Shown here piece by piece: positions 29,001 through 40,849 of a stretch of DNA of 64,000 nt. Within the stretch, counting starts at the first letter, position 1. Each line of letters opens with the position of its first letter. The stretch spans positions 21,895,045 through 21,959,044 of the forward strand of contig NC_092680.1 of the NCBI RefSeq assembly GCF_964355755.1, read 5' to 3'. A program made the position numbers and the translations under genes. Under the pieces are notes generated by a model that made no database searches, was not told the DNA's origin, and saw nothing but the letters and a program-made list of their open reading frames with translations. Source of the DNA: Antedon mediterranea. Lineage: Eukaryota; Animalia; Echinodermata.

Positions 29001-31911
29001 TTGAATCTGTTGATCCTTCTTGTGTAGCTCTACATATAAACCATTGCTTACTTGTGACAGATGCTATAGACACATCATGTATCAATGTGTTTGCTTCAAA
29101 TGCCATCTGACTCTTTGATGTCAAGTAAGTACCTGTATGATCTATCCAGTGGAGTGTTATTAGGGGATTGCCTGGTGAACATGTACAAATCAATCTCAAT
29201 TGTGAATCAGTTATTGTAATGTCAAAACAAGTAAGTTGAGGAATTGAGTTTCTAATTACCAATGCTACATCTGAGGTAGATGGAAGTGGTATTGGTATTG
29301 AAGGACCTTCTGACATAAAAAGCAAATAACAAGTATATGTTCCACTGTCACTTTCATCAATGTTATTAACCTGTAGAGTCTGATTATAATCAATGTTGCT
29401 AAGAGATGATACTCCATATACACTATACTTGGCTGGATCACTCAATACCATGTCATTATCTACAATTCGAATAGTGTCTTTCCACCATATTATCCAATGG
29501 CCATGCACTGCTTCATAAGTCTCCAGTTGTACATTGCAGGTAAAGTTGACAGAATCAGTCCCAACATCAGTAATAATGTAATTTGGAGTAACTGACACAT
29601 TGGAGGCTATTGCCATTTGTATGAGTGTGTAGATTATAATGAAAATAATCATAAATTTTGCCATAATTTCCTTATTACTCTGAAAGATGAATTTATATTT
29701 TGATATGATATTTTACACGCATTGTTTGGTATTCATAAACTGAAAAAGTATATTTCTTGAAAATAACATTTGTTTACTTATTATAATGTTAAAACAGATT
29801 CTATAGGCTTGTATTTTAATTCAATCTTAAATTATTTAAATGCTGTTTACAAGTTAAAGTTGGACATTTTTAAAGTACAAAAAACCTAAACAAAGCAAAC
29901 TTCACATATAAATATAATTTAAAAAACAAAACAAATCATACTGTACCCTGTGTGGTTTTTAGAAAGTTGTCATCTTTCAATACTTCCTTGTATCGTTCCA
30001 GGTGAATGCATTTCTACCAAATTGTTGTAATTACATTTATTATTATCCAATGATGCGTTTACTCAATTTGATATTAGGTCAGAGGTGATGAGTACATTCT
30101 ATCAATCAATAGTTGAAAGTGTTGTTACTTTATCCTTAATGATAATATTGTATGGTACAATGGCTGTTCCAATGAAGATAAACACAAGTTACACAAGGTT
30201 GTTAAACGTCCCTCAAAAATCATAGGCATACCCCAACGTTCTATTGTTACTTTGTATGCTGAATGTTTACTCAGAAAGGCAACATTGATCATAAATGATC
30301 AATACCATCCTGGCAACCATCATTTCCAAATTATGTCTCACTTACAGTCACAAATTGAGATCGATACTTGCAAAAACTAATAGGTCAGTTTCTTCCTTCT
30401 ACCCAACAGCAATCCGTGCAATTAATGACACACGTTAAGTTTATACTTCCCCGAAACTTTGAAATACTGGAATGGGATTTAGTTTTTTACCAACCCCGAA
30501 ACAAGTTCTAGAAATGCCGGGATGGTGTCCAGCGGGGGATAGTTTCACCCTGTAGTTTAAGTTCTATATTTGTTGTTAGCCGAAACTATTCAAATTTATT
30601 TCAATGTAAATGTGTTTTATATGTTTATAAATGACAATACATTGACTTGACTCTCTTTATTTGTTTAGGTAACAAAGGCTAGCACACGGTGCTGGAATGG
30701 TGTAATAATATGTAACTTAGAAACGTTTGTGAATATGATTAAGAAAGCCCTACCTACCTATATATATAATAATAATAATACCACATTTATATAGCGCCCT
30801 TTTCATGAGTAATCATGCTCAAAGGCGCTTTACAAGCATTATTACCCCAGTATTTTTTGGGATCAAACACGTATGGAAACATACTCCCATAATGCAGCCG
30901 GTAACCAGCGCAATATATATAAATCCAAAGGCAAATTACTGAAAAAAATGACAATGCTGTGGGTATCAGTGGCTGGATCTCAATGGAGATACAAAAATAA
31001 AAAGCGAAAAGCTAAATCAAAACGATAAAGTAAACAGCCAGAAAAGTTAGTAGAGCTTTCGGGCAACACTAGCCCTTCATCAGTGCAAGAATATATATAT
31101 ATTCAGGTTGAAATTATCAGACCGTTAGGATAGAGTGCTCAATACCAAGGTAGAGCATAAATAAATAAAATAACAGCAGAAAACTTGGTTACTTCATTGT
31201 TTTAATCACTACAAATTTGTTTCGTACGACCAGCATGTAGCTGGCCGCACTCTTCAGGTGAAATATAAAACATAAGTGACACAGTTGTCTCATAGTGCTT
31301 AATAGAAGTGAGTCATCAGGAAGTCGTATACAATAGCCTATTGTTTTAGATAAACTATTTGGATCTGCAATTTAGTAAGAATTTGGTTAGGACATCTGCA
31401 TATCAAGCAGGCGGTCCGAGTTCGAGTCTCGGTTGGGGCGACTTTTTCTCATTCTCACAGATTTCCTCATCTTTATCGTTTCAAATTAATTAATTAAATT
31501 TCAGTATATCACCGGGCGGTTTAGAATTAATGTTCTTTGCCTGATTTGTTTATATATATAAAAGTATCTCTTCGGAGATCCCGCCTCGTGAATAGAAATA
31601 CTGTAAGATGAGGGTGTATCAATTTGATCTCTGGTGCGCGTGCGTTCAACTGAGGACTAGTGCTGTTCCGCCGTACCACGCCGAGAGTGTTAAAGAGTCG
31701 CTATCCAATCGAGTTCGAACAATACCATGAAAGCCCCAGTGGTCTAATGGTTAGGACATCTGCATATCAAGCAGGCGGTCTGAGTTCGAGTCTCGGTTGG
31801 GGCGACTTTTTCTCATTCTCACAGATTTCATCATCTTTATCGTTTCAAATTAATTAATTAAATTTCAGTATATCACCGGGCGGTTTAGAATTAATGTTCT
31901 TTGCCTGATTT

Positions 31912-31949
<38 letters not shown>

Positions 31950-34900
31950 CAAATAGGTACGTGTTTCTTATTGAACTCCGGTACAGGTTTGCCATTTCAT
32001 GTATGAGTTGACGGGTACGAGTTAATTGCCATGAGTGTTTGTTGGATTGGATATCCAGCACCCTATACTGTATATTCTACACATAAAAGACACAATTCAA
32101 TCAACTTTTGGCACTCATCTTTGCATGGATATGTTTCGTTTGTGTGGATAATGATTTTTATAAACTGCTTATCTCTGTTTATATCTTTAATCACCTTTAC
32201 ATTGTCAAAATAGTGATTTAAATTAAATCTAATTGTTTATTGATGTTATTTAATTTATCCTCTTAACTTTATATTATTAATACATTATTATTATCATTTT
32301 AATGATTTTTCTTGTGTAGGATACAAACCCTATTTATTTGTTTGATAAATCTTTAATTGAGCAAGCAAACTATCAACATGGTAGTTCATTGATGGAAGAT
32401 GATCAGCAACAGTTAGATAATGAGCTGAAAGAACAGGTTGAAGCATTCAGACACCTTCCACCTAGCTATAATGCTGTTAGTTCAAGAACGCAAATGGCCC
32501 TTGTAAGTATAGCCTCTTAGCTTACTAAGATTAATTTGAATATGTGATCTTTCTTAAAGAGACTGGCTAGTTTTACAGTAGTCATTTTATATTCAAATGA
32601 ATGGAGCTATAGCTTGGTTTAACATGCTTTCTGTTAGCCCAGAATTCAATCTTCCTAAGTAAAGCCTCTAATATAGTTTATAAGCATCCTGTAAATTACC
32701 AGTTTTTTCTAGTGTGTATGAAATATAATAAATTGCTGTAGTCAAACCTAAATATTACGGTGGCTGATTTCCGCCAAAGAAAAAAATTATTTTATAATAA
32801 TACGGCGTTATAACGCCCTAATAATATAAAATAATTTTTTTCTTTGGCGGAAATCAGCCACCGTAAAATATAGTGTAAGCATTTTATTTATATATATACA
32901 CATGTTTTTGCCATAATCTGCTAAAATAATAAGTTATTGAATTTATCTACTTATATAGCAACTACACGATCGTGCTAAAGAAAAAGTGCAATCATGTGAG
33001 AATGTGGTTAGAGATCAACATCAACAACAGCAAGGATGGATGGCTGTTGTTGCTAACTTGGAAGATATCTCTAGGTAAGAAGAAGAAGCAATGAAACATT
33101 CATGACAATATCAACATCCATGACAACAATCAATAACAACATTCATAATAATCTAATGGCCAACATTTATAATAATATTAACATTAGGCATCTACTATGA
33201 AGTTCTATATAGCAGTACATTACCGGTTCATCACCTCGTACAAATAAGTTGCGCAACAGAATTAATCCAGCTTCTTTTTATCACTGAATGAATTGTGACT
33301 TTTTATTTTGTCAATGTTTTGTACTTTTTTATTGTATTGTATGAAAATCTATTTTCTATGTATATTTATTTGCAAGTGAAAATAGAAAGGCAAGGAAAAG
33401 AATAAGAAGGAAATAATATTATGTAGATAGTGTGCTGTTGAAATTATATTAAAATATTGTCACCAGAATGTATTCTTTCTTTCTTTATTTCCATTTACAA
33501 AATCATAAACATACATAAATAGTTACAAAACAAAAGAATGGAAAGTATTGCATAAAATATTGTGTTTTCAGAGCATTCAAACTTCGAACAAGTTCATTTG
33601 AGAATAGTTTGACTGATTTCATGTCAAAAAGAGAAGACTACTTCAAGATGTTATCCGAGTTCCCAGATGTTCTAAATCAACTAGAGAGAATTCCATTGCC
33701 ATCAAACCTGGTTGATTCTGCACGGCTTGAGAGTGAGAGTGATCGTGATAGCATGACCCTAATGAGATGGATTAGTAGACAGGTTACTTTTTATTTAATA
33801 ATTAGAATTATGTTAATTATAGGTACTGTGTATTCCTTGAAGAATATTTATATATTTCTTTTTGGTTAAATCATTTTTTTTTACTAGTGTAATAGTTATA
33901 TTCATAACTATTGTTAATAGTTATAATTGTGCTCAATAGGCTATTTAACATATTTTTATTTAAGTCTGCTTAATTTATAGTACTTATTGTATATGTTTTT
34001 TGTTTCATACCTTTAAGTGGCAACTTTCGTTGCTGTTGGTTTTGATGAAATGAAATGCCTATAATTTAATTATACTTTTACATCATTGTGTCAAAGGTGG
34101 TGTGAAATTGCTTATTAGCTTCAATTTCATAAAGCAGGCTATGTTGTTTTTGTAGGATGAGCGAAGTTCATTAGTTAACATGTACCAATTATGTGCAAAG
34201 TCGCTGGAGCAGTTTGAGCCAAACACGCTTCATGTTTTTAGCTCTGACATTAATGATGTTAAAGGTAAACAGCATTTGTATGTAATAATATTTGAAACGT
34301 CCTTTACAAAAAAATGGAATAGATGTTTTTTAAATTGACATGTACATTGTTTCAGGGGCAGATTGATTGCTTTGAAGAAAAGTAGTGTTAATTAAAATTG
34401 TCTATTTGTGACTCCCATCCCCCCTGTTTTCAACATTCAGGCCTTTTGTTGAGTGTGTTTAGTACAATATGATGGCCCTCTATATTAAACTGTCCTGGTT
34501 GTAGCATGGCAGAATTCCTCAAAGGTTATATCCATAGTCATTGTAAATGTACAAAATAATGTCATTTAGTATTACTTCTGAATCTAAACATTTCATTTTA
34601 TTATACCAGTGAAAGTTGATAACCCAGGTATGAAAGAAATCAAAGGCCTTGGAGACAGGCTGTTTGGATTAGAACAACTGTTAGCACAAGCAAAGAAGAC
34701 AAGGCAAGACCAGGGAGAGATGGCCCAGGTGTGTGCATTAGGTTTTTACTTCTAGTCCACATCTAAATAACATAAAGCATGTTAGCAAGTCTGTAGATGT
34801 TTTCACTGGGCAATCTAATGTTCAAATACTGAAAGCCAAGCCTATAGTTCCAGTATGAAATATGATGACAGGAATTGATGTTATATTGTCAATTTAAAAC

Positions 34901-37900
34901 TCCTTTTGTTCTGTGTTGGTGAACTTGAAACACTCTTATTCTGCCTGATACAATTGTACTTTTTGTAGTTTTGATGGATGAGTTGTGAATAACTTTTAAC
35001 AATTTGTATTTGTAGAGCTTTGTTCAGAATCAAACACGGATCAGTAACCTTAGAGACACCTCTGTTTTGCCACAACTCTGTGACAGTCACCAGAAACAGC
35101 TGGTGGTCATGATCAAGAATCACCTTCAATTAAGAGAAATCAGTCGTCGTTGTTTGATTGCAAAAAAAGAGCTTTGTCAAAATCTTCATGTTAGATTGAG
35201 GTATATTATTAAAATAAGAGAAGGAAATGCATTAATAATCTGGAATATAAATTCTCCCAAAACCAGAGTTTTTATTGCAAAAGATCTCAAAGTTGTTATT
35301 TTGTAATGATGTAAACTCAGAAGGTTTTTTGAAATATACATTTCCTGATAGGCTTGTTTTTTAACGTGTACCTGCAATGTTGAATTTTATACCTATAACA
35401 CTAATTCTGTAAAAATGCAAATTTGTTCCAGGTGGATAATGTTTGTAGAACAGCAAATTACCGGCATTCATGGCAAAATGGTCGTGTACCACGAGAATCT
35501 GAAGAGATTAAAGAAACGGTTGGAAATAGCTCAACAGGTTTACAATGCGCCAGAACTGTTTGCAAAAGCCTTGGTGGAGATTTACCTCAGAAGGCAGTTT
35601 GACTTTCAGTTCTCACAGGTTAGTTGTGACCATGTGTGTGAACTTAAGTCATTGTTTGTCATTTACAATCAATTTAATAAATTAAAAACATTTATGATAA
35701 ATAAATGTGTTACCTCTGGTTTCAGTAGTTCAATAAATCCTTATCCAAACAGTTGATTACAAAGACGGATTTCCACAAAAATGTGAAGTTGAGGAATTTG
35801 AGGAAACTTTCAAATCGTACAAGCTGAAGAACTTTAAACCTAATTATTAAATGGAAGATGAAATTATGTTCATATTTACCTACTGCCTTTACTCATATCT
35901 TGTATTTTTTGTAATAGAAATTTGGAGCGGTGAGTGAGTTGCAGCTAAGGGAGGTTGACAGACGCAAGGAGTTTTCTGCAATAATGCATTCACATTTTCT
36001 TAATGCTATGTTTCCTGGGCTTGGCAACCTTCCACCAGGGATCATGGTTAGAAATTTACACTTTTTAAAGCATTTTTTATTTTTTAAATATTATTAACAT
36101 GATTAGTGAAAGTTGTACATTTTCTCAAACAAATAGTTGTGTTGATTAATCTTAGATATTTATGTCCTATATATATAATAATGTGTAATATCTAATCTTG
36201 TCCATAAATGAGCAAACCTGAATAACCGTTTTTTGTTTTGTGTTTTCCAGCTTGAACCGTTGGTGAGTGATACTATTTTGCCTACAGTATCCCTTGAAGA
36301 TATCAAGCTACTTAAAGACCATGTACCAGAATTAGAACACTGCCTTCAGTAAGTGATTTTAATATTGTTACCACATAATATTCAACAAATAAAAGTAATA
36401 TTATTGCCATAAAATGACCATACCAAACCATTTTATAGTTTCATCTAACTACTGTAGTGTAAAATCAAAATTATTCTATAAAATCATTAAAGACATCATC
36501 AGCTTGCAAACTAAACAAACAATAATATTAAAACATTTGACTACATCTTGCAGATTTCCAGATGAAGGTTTGAGTAAAGAAACACAAACAGTTGACGAGT
36601 TACCAAATAAAGACTGGGAAAAGTTATCAATGAGAGATGTGCTTATAAAACAGCAACAAATACAATACAGTGATAAAGAAACTACTCCCACAGCTAACAG
36701 GGAGGAAGAGATATACATATCCCATATTGATGATAGATTTACAGATGAATTTGAGAAAAACTCAAAACAACCCATTGAGGAATCGGTTGAAACACTTAAA
36801 AATGAACCATTTGAAGATAATTTAGAGGATGATATTTTGCTGGAAAATGGTGGTCCTTTATCAGTGACTGGTATCACAATTGGTAGCCATAGCAACTTAA
36901 AAATGGATCCTCCTTTTGGGGCTTTATTGTCAACAAACACTGATAACTTTTTGTCGACACAAGATAGTGTTGAAATGCCATTTTACAGTTTAGCTGGTAA
37001 TCAGCTACAATCAGTTTTACCAAAACCACTGATAGGAACAGAGTTCACAAACAAAATAGAGACTTTGGAAGATGAACTTGAAGATTTGAAACGAGAGAAT
37101 GAAGATAAAGAAAGAAAGCTTAAAATATCTGAAAGATTGGAGGTTGAAATTAGACATCTTCAACAAGAAATCCAAGATGCAACTTCTAAATTTAACAAAT
37201 TAGAAAATGAAAAGGAACAGATTTCTAAACAAAATGTAAGCCTAACAGAAAAGGTAAATGAAAGTAAGAACGTTTTGTTGTCGGAAACAAAGTCAATTAG
37301 AGGTGAATTGACAAACATTAAGGATGATTTTAGTTCTTTTTTGACTGATAATAGAACAGCAGTTGTTCAATTAGAAACACATGTAAAGTTAATAAGTAAG
37401 GAGTATGAAAGAACACAAGTAGATAATGCTAATCTGTTAGAAGAAATGAAACAGGAAAAGGAAAATAAACTAAAAGAAGAAAATGTGTTTCAAAGAAAAT
37501 ATGAACATTTACTACAGGAACATGAATGTTATATAAAGCAAAACGATGAAAAACATGAAATGATGGATAAAGACATAAAGGAAAAAGAAACACTACTTGA
37601 GAAAATGTTGAAAGAGAAAGAGAAATTAGAAATTGTTCAACAGGAATTAAGTTTACAAATTCAGAAAGAAAATGAACTTAAAAAACAACTTGAAAAAAGT
37701 CAACAAGACTTGACAAATTTAAATAAACAAAAGCAAGATCTTAAAGACGAGTATGGTAACTCTTTAGAAGAATCTAAGAGAAAGCTTGAAAGTCAATTGG
37801 AAGATAAGAATCAAGAAATAATTAGGTTAAGATTGAGCCAAGAGGTGGAGATCTCTGACTTAAGACTAATTGTTAAAGATAAAGAACAATTGATTGATCA

Positions 37901-40849
37901 GCTTAAGGATGGCAAGGAGGAAATGTTGAAACAGAAAAGTGAAGAAAAAGAGCAACTTGTTCTTGAATTAGAAAGCAAGAAGTCTACTGAATTGAAAGAG
38001 TTTGAGAATAATTTACGAAAACAATGGGAAGAGGAAATAAAAGCTATGTCAATAGAGAATTTGATTGCAATTAAACCAGATATAAAATCTGAAGCAATAA
38101 TCAGAAAAGAGAATGAAGAATCTCTTAAAGGACTCCAAAAACAACTTGAAGAAACACATAAGAAAGACTTAAATGTAAGGCTAGAAGAGTTAAAAATAAC
38201 GAAAGATGAGGAAATAGCAGTAGCCAAGCAGACAGCCCACTCAGAAATTGAGGAATTGTTGGAAAAATACAAAATATGTGAAGAGAAATACCATACATTA
38301 CAGAAAGACTCTGTGAAGCAGACAAATCAGATGGAAGCATCGTTTATGACAGAAAAACAATGTGAGGTTCTAGCAGCTTTAGAAGAAGAAAGAAAGAACC
38401 ACAAACTGAAGATGGATAAACTCAGACAAAACATGGAAGAAAGTCAGAAAAACGCAATCAAAGACGTTTTAGATGATGCTGAATTACGGCATTCAAGAGA
38501 AATCCAAGAAATGATGAAAACATTTGATAAAGAAAAACAAAGCAGTCTGGATGATATGAAGACTAGCATCCAAGCAGACAAGCAAGTTCACTTCAATACT
38601 GCCCTCTCTAAATTATCAGTTGAGAAAGATAAGGAAATTGAAACTTTGAAAAAGAAAATTGCAGAATTTGAGAAGCAACGTCAAATGGATAAAGGTAATT
38701 ATACTTATTTCTACTTATTCGAACATAATATACTCTATAGCTGTTTTTAAAATCTGATGTCAAACTAATCAATATTAGTATTGTATATACCTCAGCAAAA
38801 TGTAAATTCTCATTGTTTCTAAATAAAGTCGTATTTGTTTTTGACAGAAGCAATTGATAAACTGCTTACTGAAAATTGTGACATCAGTGACATTGTCAAA
38901 CAAACAATTAGTGAGAGAGCGTTAGAAAACCAGAAACTTAAAGATGAGAATGAATCTCTACTAAAAAGTAAACAAGATCTGATGGACCTGCAAGTTAGGG
39001 GTAGTGGTTCCTCATCTATGGAGGAGTCGGTTTTGTACATGCAGAAGAGTATTCATAGGTATTATGTTGTATGGAACAGGGCTGGAAAAGATAGTGAACA
39101 AAGATTGTGGATATTCCAACAAATATACTACAGAGGCCATCATAATATACTAATAATATGTTTAAACCCAGAAACATACATTATCTGCTTATTGCAGTGA
39201 TAAACAGTGTTATGTACTGATTTACTGTATCCTATGTAATTGTCTCACTCCTTTATGATTTGTCTGATAACAATATCTTAAAGTTTTGTGTCCAACCTAT
39301 GGGTTAGTATCCATCTTTATACATTACAGCAGTAACGGTAAGCGGTATAAAAAATACTATTTCTTATGACCATTTACATTAATATGGAACATATCTTTCT
39401 ATATTCTGATGTATATAATTGTGTGTATACTTGATCTACCTTAAAACTGACTTCAACTTTACATAAATAATAAGATATATCAAGAGATAATGAGAATATG
39501 TTGAAGCTATAGTGAGTTTAAATTTGTTTCCCTAGTGATTCATCAACATTGGAAGATCAGGCTTCTGGTGGTCATAGACTTACAAAGGCCAAAGAAAATA
39601 CAGACTTTAGAAAGAGAATGGTAGATTCTACATCTAAAGCAGAAAAAATATCTATAATAGAGTGAGTACATTATTAAACAAGGAAGGTTGTAGTATTATT
39701 GCTCCCTTATAGTACTAATAAAGTTCTCATATTTTAATCATAACATTAATAACAATAATCAATCTGTATATTCATGGTCATTCTCTTGCACAGCTCCATC
39801 CTTGAATACTCTTCCACAATCAATCAAGAATGCCAACTCTATTGCCATCTTCAAATAGTTGCTGAAAACCCATCTCTTTCGCATAGCATATGAAATGCTA
39901 GTTCGAGCCTTGTGGTCGTAACGTACTTCACTGGTTCTGTACCTACACTTATCATGTTTCACTCATATCAATCAGTCTGTATATACATGAATGGTATCAT
40001 ACTTCACTGATTCTGTACCTAAACTTTTTCTATTCCTGATTTTGGCTTTCAGTATAGGTGTTGGAGACCTTGTTTTGATCTTCTTTGAAGAGCCACATGA
40101 CAACTATGTTGTGTTTACACGAGGACAGACACATTACTTTGTACATGCTGATTCATTGACAGGGCTTGGCTTAAAACCACATGACCCCAGCAAAAGGTAT
40201 ACATTTGGTGTAAAAGACACATTTATAGTGAAAATATTTGAATTAGGTATGGATTAATACTATTATGTATCGGAGTATTTGTTTTTTACATTCATGAGTT
40301 ATAATTCTGATACTGTGTACCCAAAAAGAGAGATTGCAGTACTCGTATGCTGCAAATAGTTTGAAAGAAAAGATTTGATAATAGTTTCAAGTTTAAAGTT
40401 TCTCTATTTTGTTCTTAGAGCTTGGATAATTGGCAGAATAACTGACAAGGAGTATTGTCAAGCTAAGAAGGTATGTCATCTTTACCATGCCATATTTGTT
40501 AATTCCTGTACATTATGTTACTACATATAAATATATGCTTCCGTTTCAACAAACATGCGGTATGCAAGATTTAATTTGATTGGTTAGGGGTCAAAATTGA
40601 AGCAACGTATACTAACCTTGAGCTTTCATGCCGAATGAAAGGTCAGGGTTGTGAGAGATGGCTTCCACTAATCATTTCCTGGTTTGGACCTATGGAGTTG
40701 TACCCTATTGGATTATCAATCTAACATTTATATCTTTTAAGGCCCAAAATAGGTTCAAGGTTCCAGTAGGCACCAAGTTCTACAGAGTAAAAGCTGAACT
40801 CTGCAGTATAAAGGATCACCGTAGGACAAAGGTAGAGAGTAAGACCTAG
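26006..40849 (+). CDS. RB1CC1: RB1-inducible coiled-coil protein 1 (FIP200, Atg11/Atg17 family autophagy scaffold), 17 coding exons
   Basis: Exons 26006-26073, 27490-27616, 32320-32502, 32959-33074, 33572-33782, 34156-34264, 34610-34728, 35016-35200, 35432-35618, 35918-36046, 36251-36348, 36554-38694, 38848-39058, 39536-39661, 40053-40196, 40419-40470, 40742-40849. Ubiquitin-like N-terminus MLHIFVVNTG..QVLLVSGG..AGTDTNPIYLF, QQQGWMAVVANLEDI, long coiled coil, Claw domain VGDLVLI..KEYCQAKKAQNRFKVPVGTKFYRVKA. Confidence 0.95.
26117..27264. repeat. 31-bp intronic minisatellite, about 37 copies
   Basis: Unit AAACAGATTCTGCACTCACTCCATACAATAG. Confidence 0.95.
28249..29664 (-). CDS. Ig-superfamily type I membrane receptor, single coding exon, nested in RB1CC1 intron 2
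   Basis: 471-aa ORF: signal peptide, V/I-type Ig domain (FTC..IWWK..LQVNNIDESDSGTYTC), second Ig-like domain (ICTCSPGNP..LHW..FICRA), Thr/Ser stalk, TM helix IAVMALSVILGISLLVILVFSSYTLL, Tyr-repeat tail. A splice acceptor (CTTTCAG) lies 15 nt before the ATG. Confidence 0.85.
   Translation of the reverse strand: MAKFMIIFIIIYTLIQMAIASNVSVTPNYIITDVGTDSVNFTCNVQLETYEAVHGHWIIWWKDTIRIVDNDMVLSDPAKYSVYGVSSLSNIDYNQTLQVNNIDESDSGTYTCYLLFMSEGPSIPIPLPSTSDVALVIRNSIPQLTCFDITITDSQLRLICTCSPGNPLITLHWIDHTGTYLTSKSQMAFEANTLIHDVSIASVTSKQWFICRATQEGSTDSNECVVGNRIPMTTEQAAVSLTNKFTGQSVSPTANEKFTTKDEIDMASFIIEEIRVTTRHNTSATDMASNTLNTSEDIRGTARHETSETDVASRHETTSADIAVMALSVILGISLLVILVFSSYTLLNKIRKKWPNATDRPTGSYCVTNIVGQSTTSQMPNEVEDGYMKPNVEEIAMEPCYYTIPNQKHQDKITLDDDGYIKPNVGETSMEPCYYTISNQKHQDKITLDEDGYMETLSKMPNQYKELQWDK
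30030..30438 (+). mobile_element. Rex1/Babar-type LINE ORF2 3' relic
   Basis: Pieces translate as FYQSIVESVVT, LHKVVKRPSKIIG..LY..KA..IIND..HP and RSILAKTNR..SFYPTAIRAIN. Confidence 0.65.
31046..31090 (-). ncRNA. Minimal hammerhead ribozyme in a PLE 3'-end fragment (about 30922-31090)
   Basis: Minus strand CTGATGA-A-GGGC-TAGTGTT-GCCC-GAAA-GC-TC; stem I weak. Confidence 0.65.
31206..31263 (-). ncRNA. Hammerhead ribozyme with long stem II in a second PLE-like 3' fragment (about 31103-31380)
   Basis: Minus strand TCAC-CTGAAGA-GTGCGGCCAGC-TACAT-GCTGGTCGTAC-GAAA-CAAATTTG-TA-GTGA: 11-bp stem II, palindromic stem III, 4-bp stem I. Confidence 0.8.
31384..31914 (+). mobile_element. (TA)n-flanked tRNA-containing repeat unit: 5'-truncated copy (31384-31550) followed by a longer copy (31561-31914)
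   Basis: About 167 bp nearly identical between the copies; each copy ends TTGCCTGATTTGTT then (TA)n. Confidence 0.65.
31733..31804 (+). tRNA. tRNA-like cloverleaf, Glu/Asp-type body, anticodon ATC; probably repeat-borne or a pseudogene
   Basis: Acceptor GCCCCAG/TTGGGGC, D arm GTCT/GGAC with A box TGGTCTAATGG, anticodon arm TCTGC-ATATCAA-GCAGG, T arm CTGAG-TTCGAGT-CTCGG; 72 nt, followed by a T-run. Confidence 0.55.
32755..32866. repeat. Near-perfect 112-bp palindrome (foldback/MITE relic)
   Basis: TTACGGTGGCTGATTTCCGCCAAAGAAAAAAATTATTTTATA and its inverse around a GGCGTTATAACGCC centre. Confidence 0.85.
39770..39893 (+). mobile_element. L2-type LINE 3' relic
   Basis: Translates SFSCTAPSLNTLPQSIKNANSIAIFK*LLKTHLFRIAY. 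Confidence 0.55.

Noticed and set aside
31733-31804. Functional tRNA-Asp or suppressor tRNA
   Set aside because: Purine at position 32, atypical ATC anticodon and repeat context. The TCA in the loop is off-register, so it is not a Sec or opal suppressor.
36414-36553. N-terminal part of the 778-aa ORF as a separate gene start
   Set aside because: Intronic read-through; the acceptor at 36553 joins it to RB1CC1.
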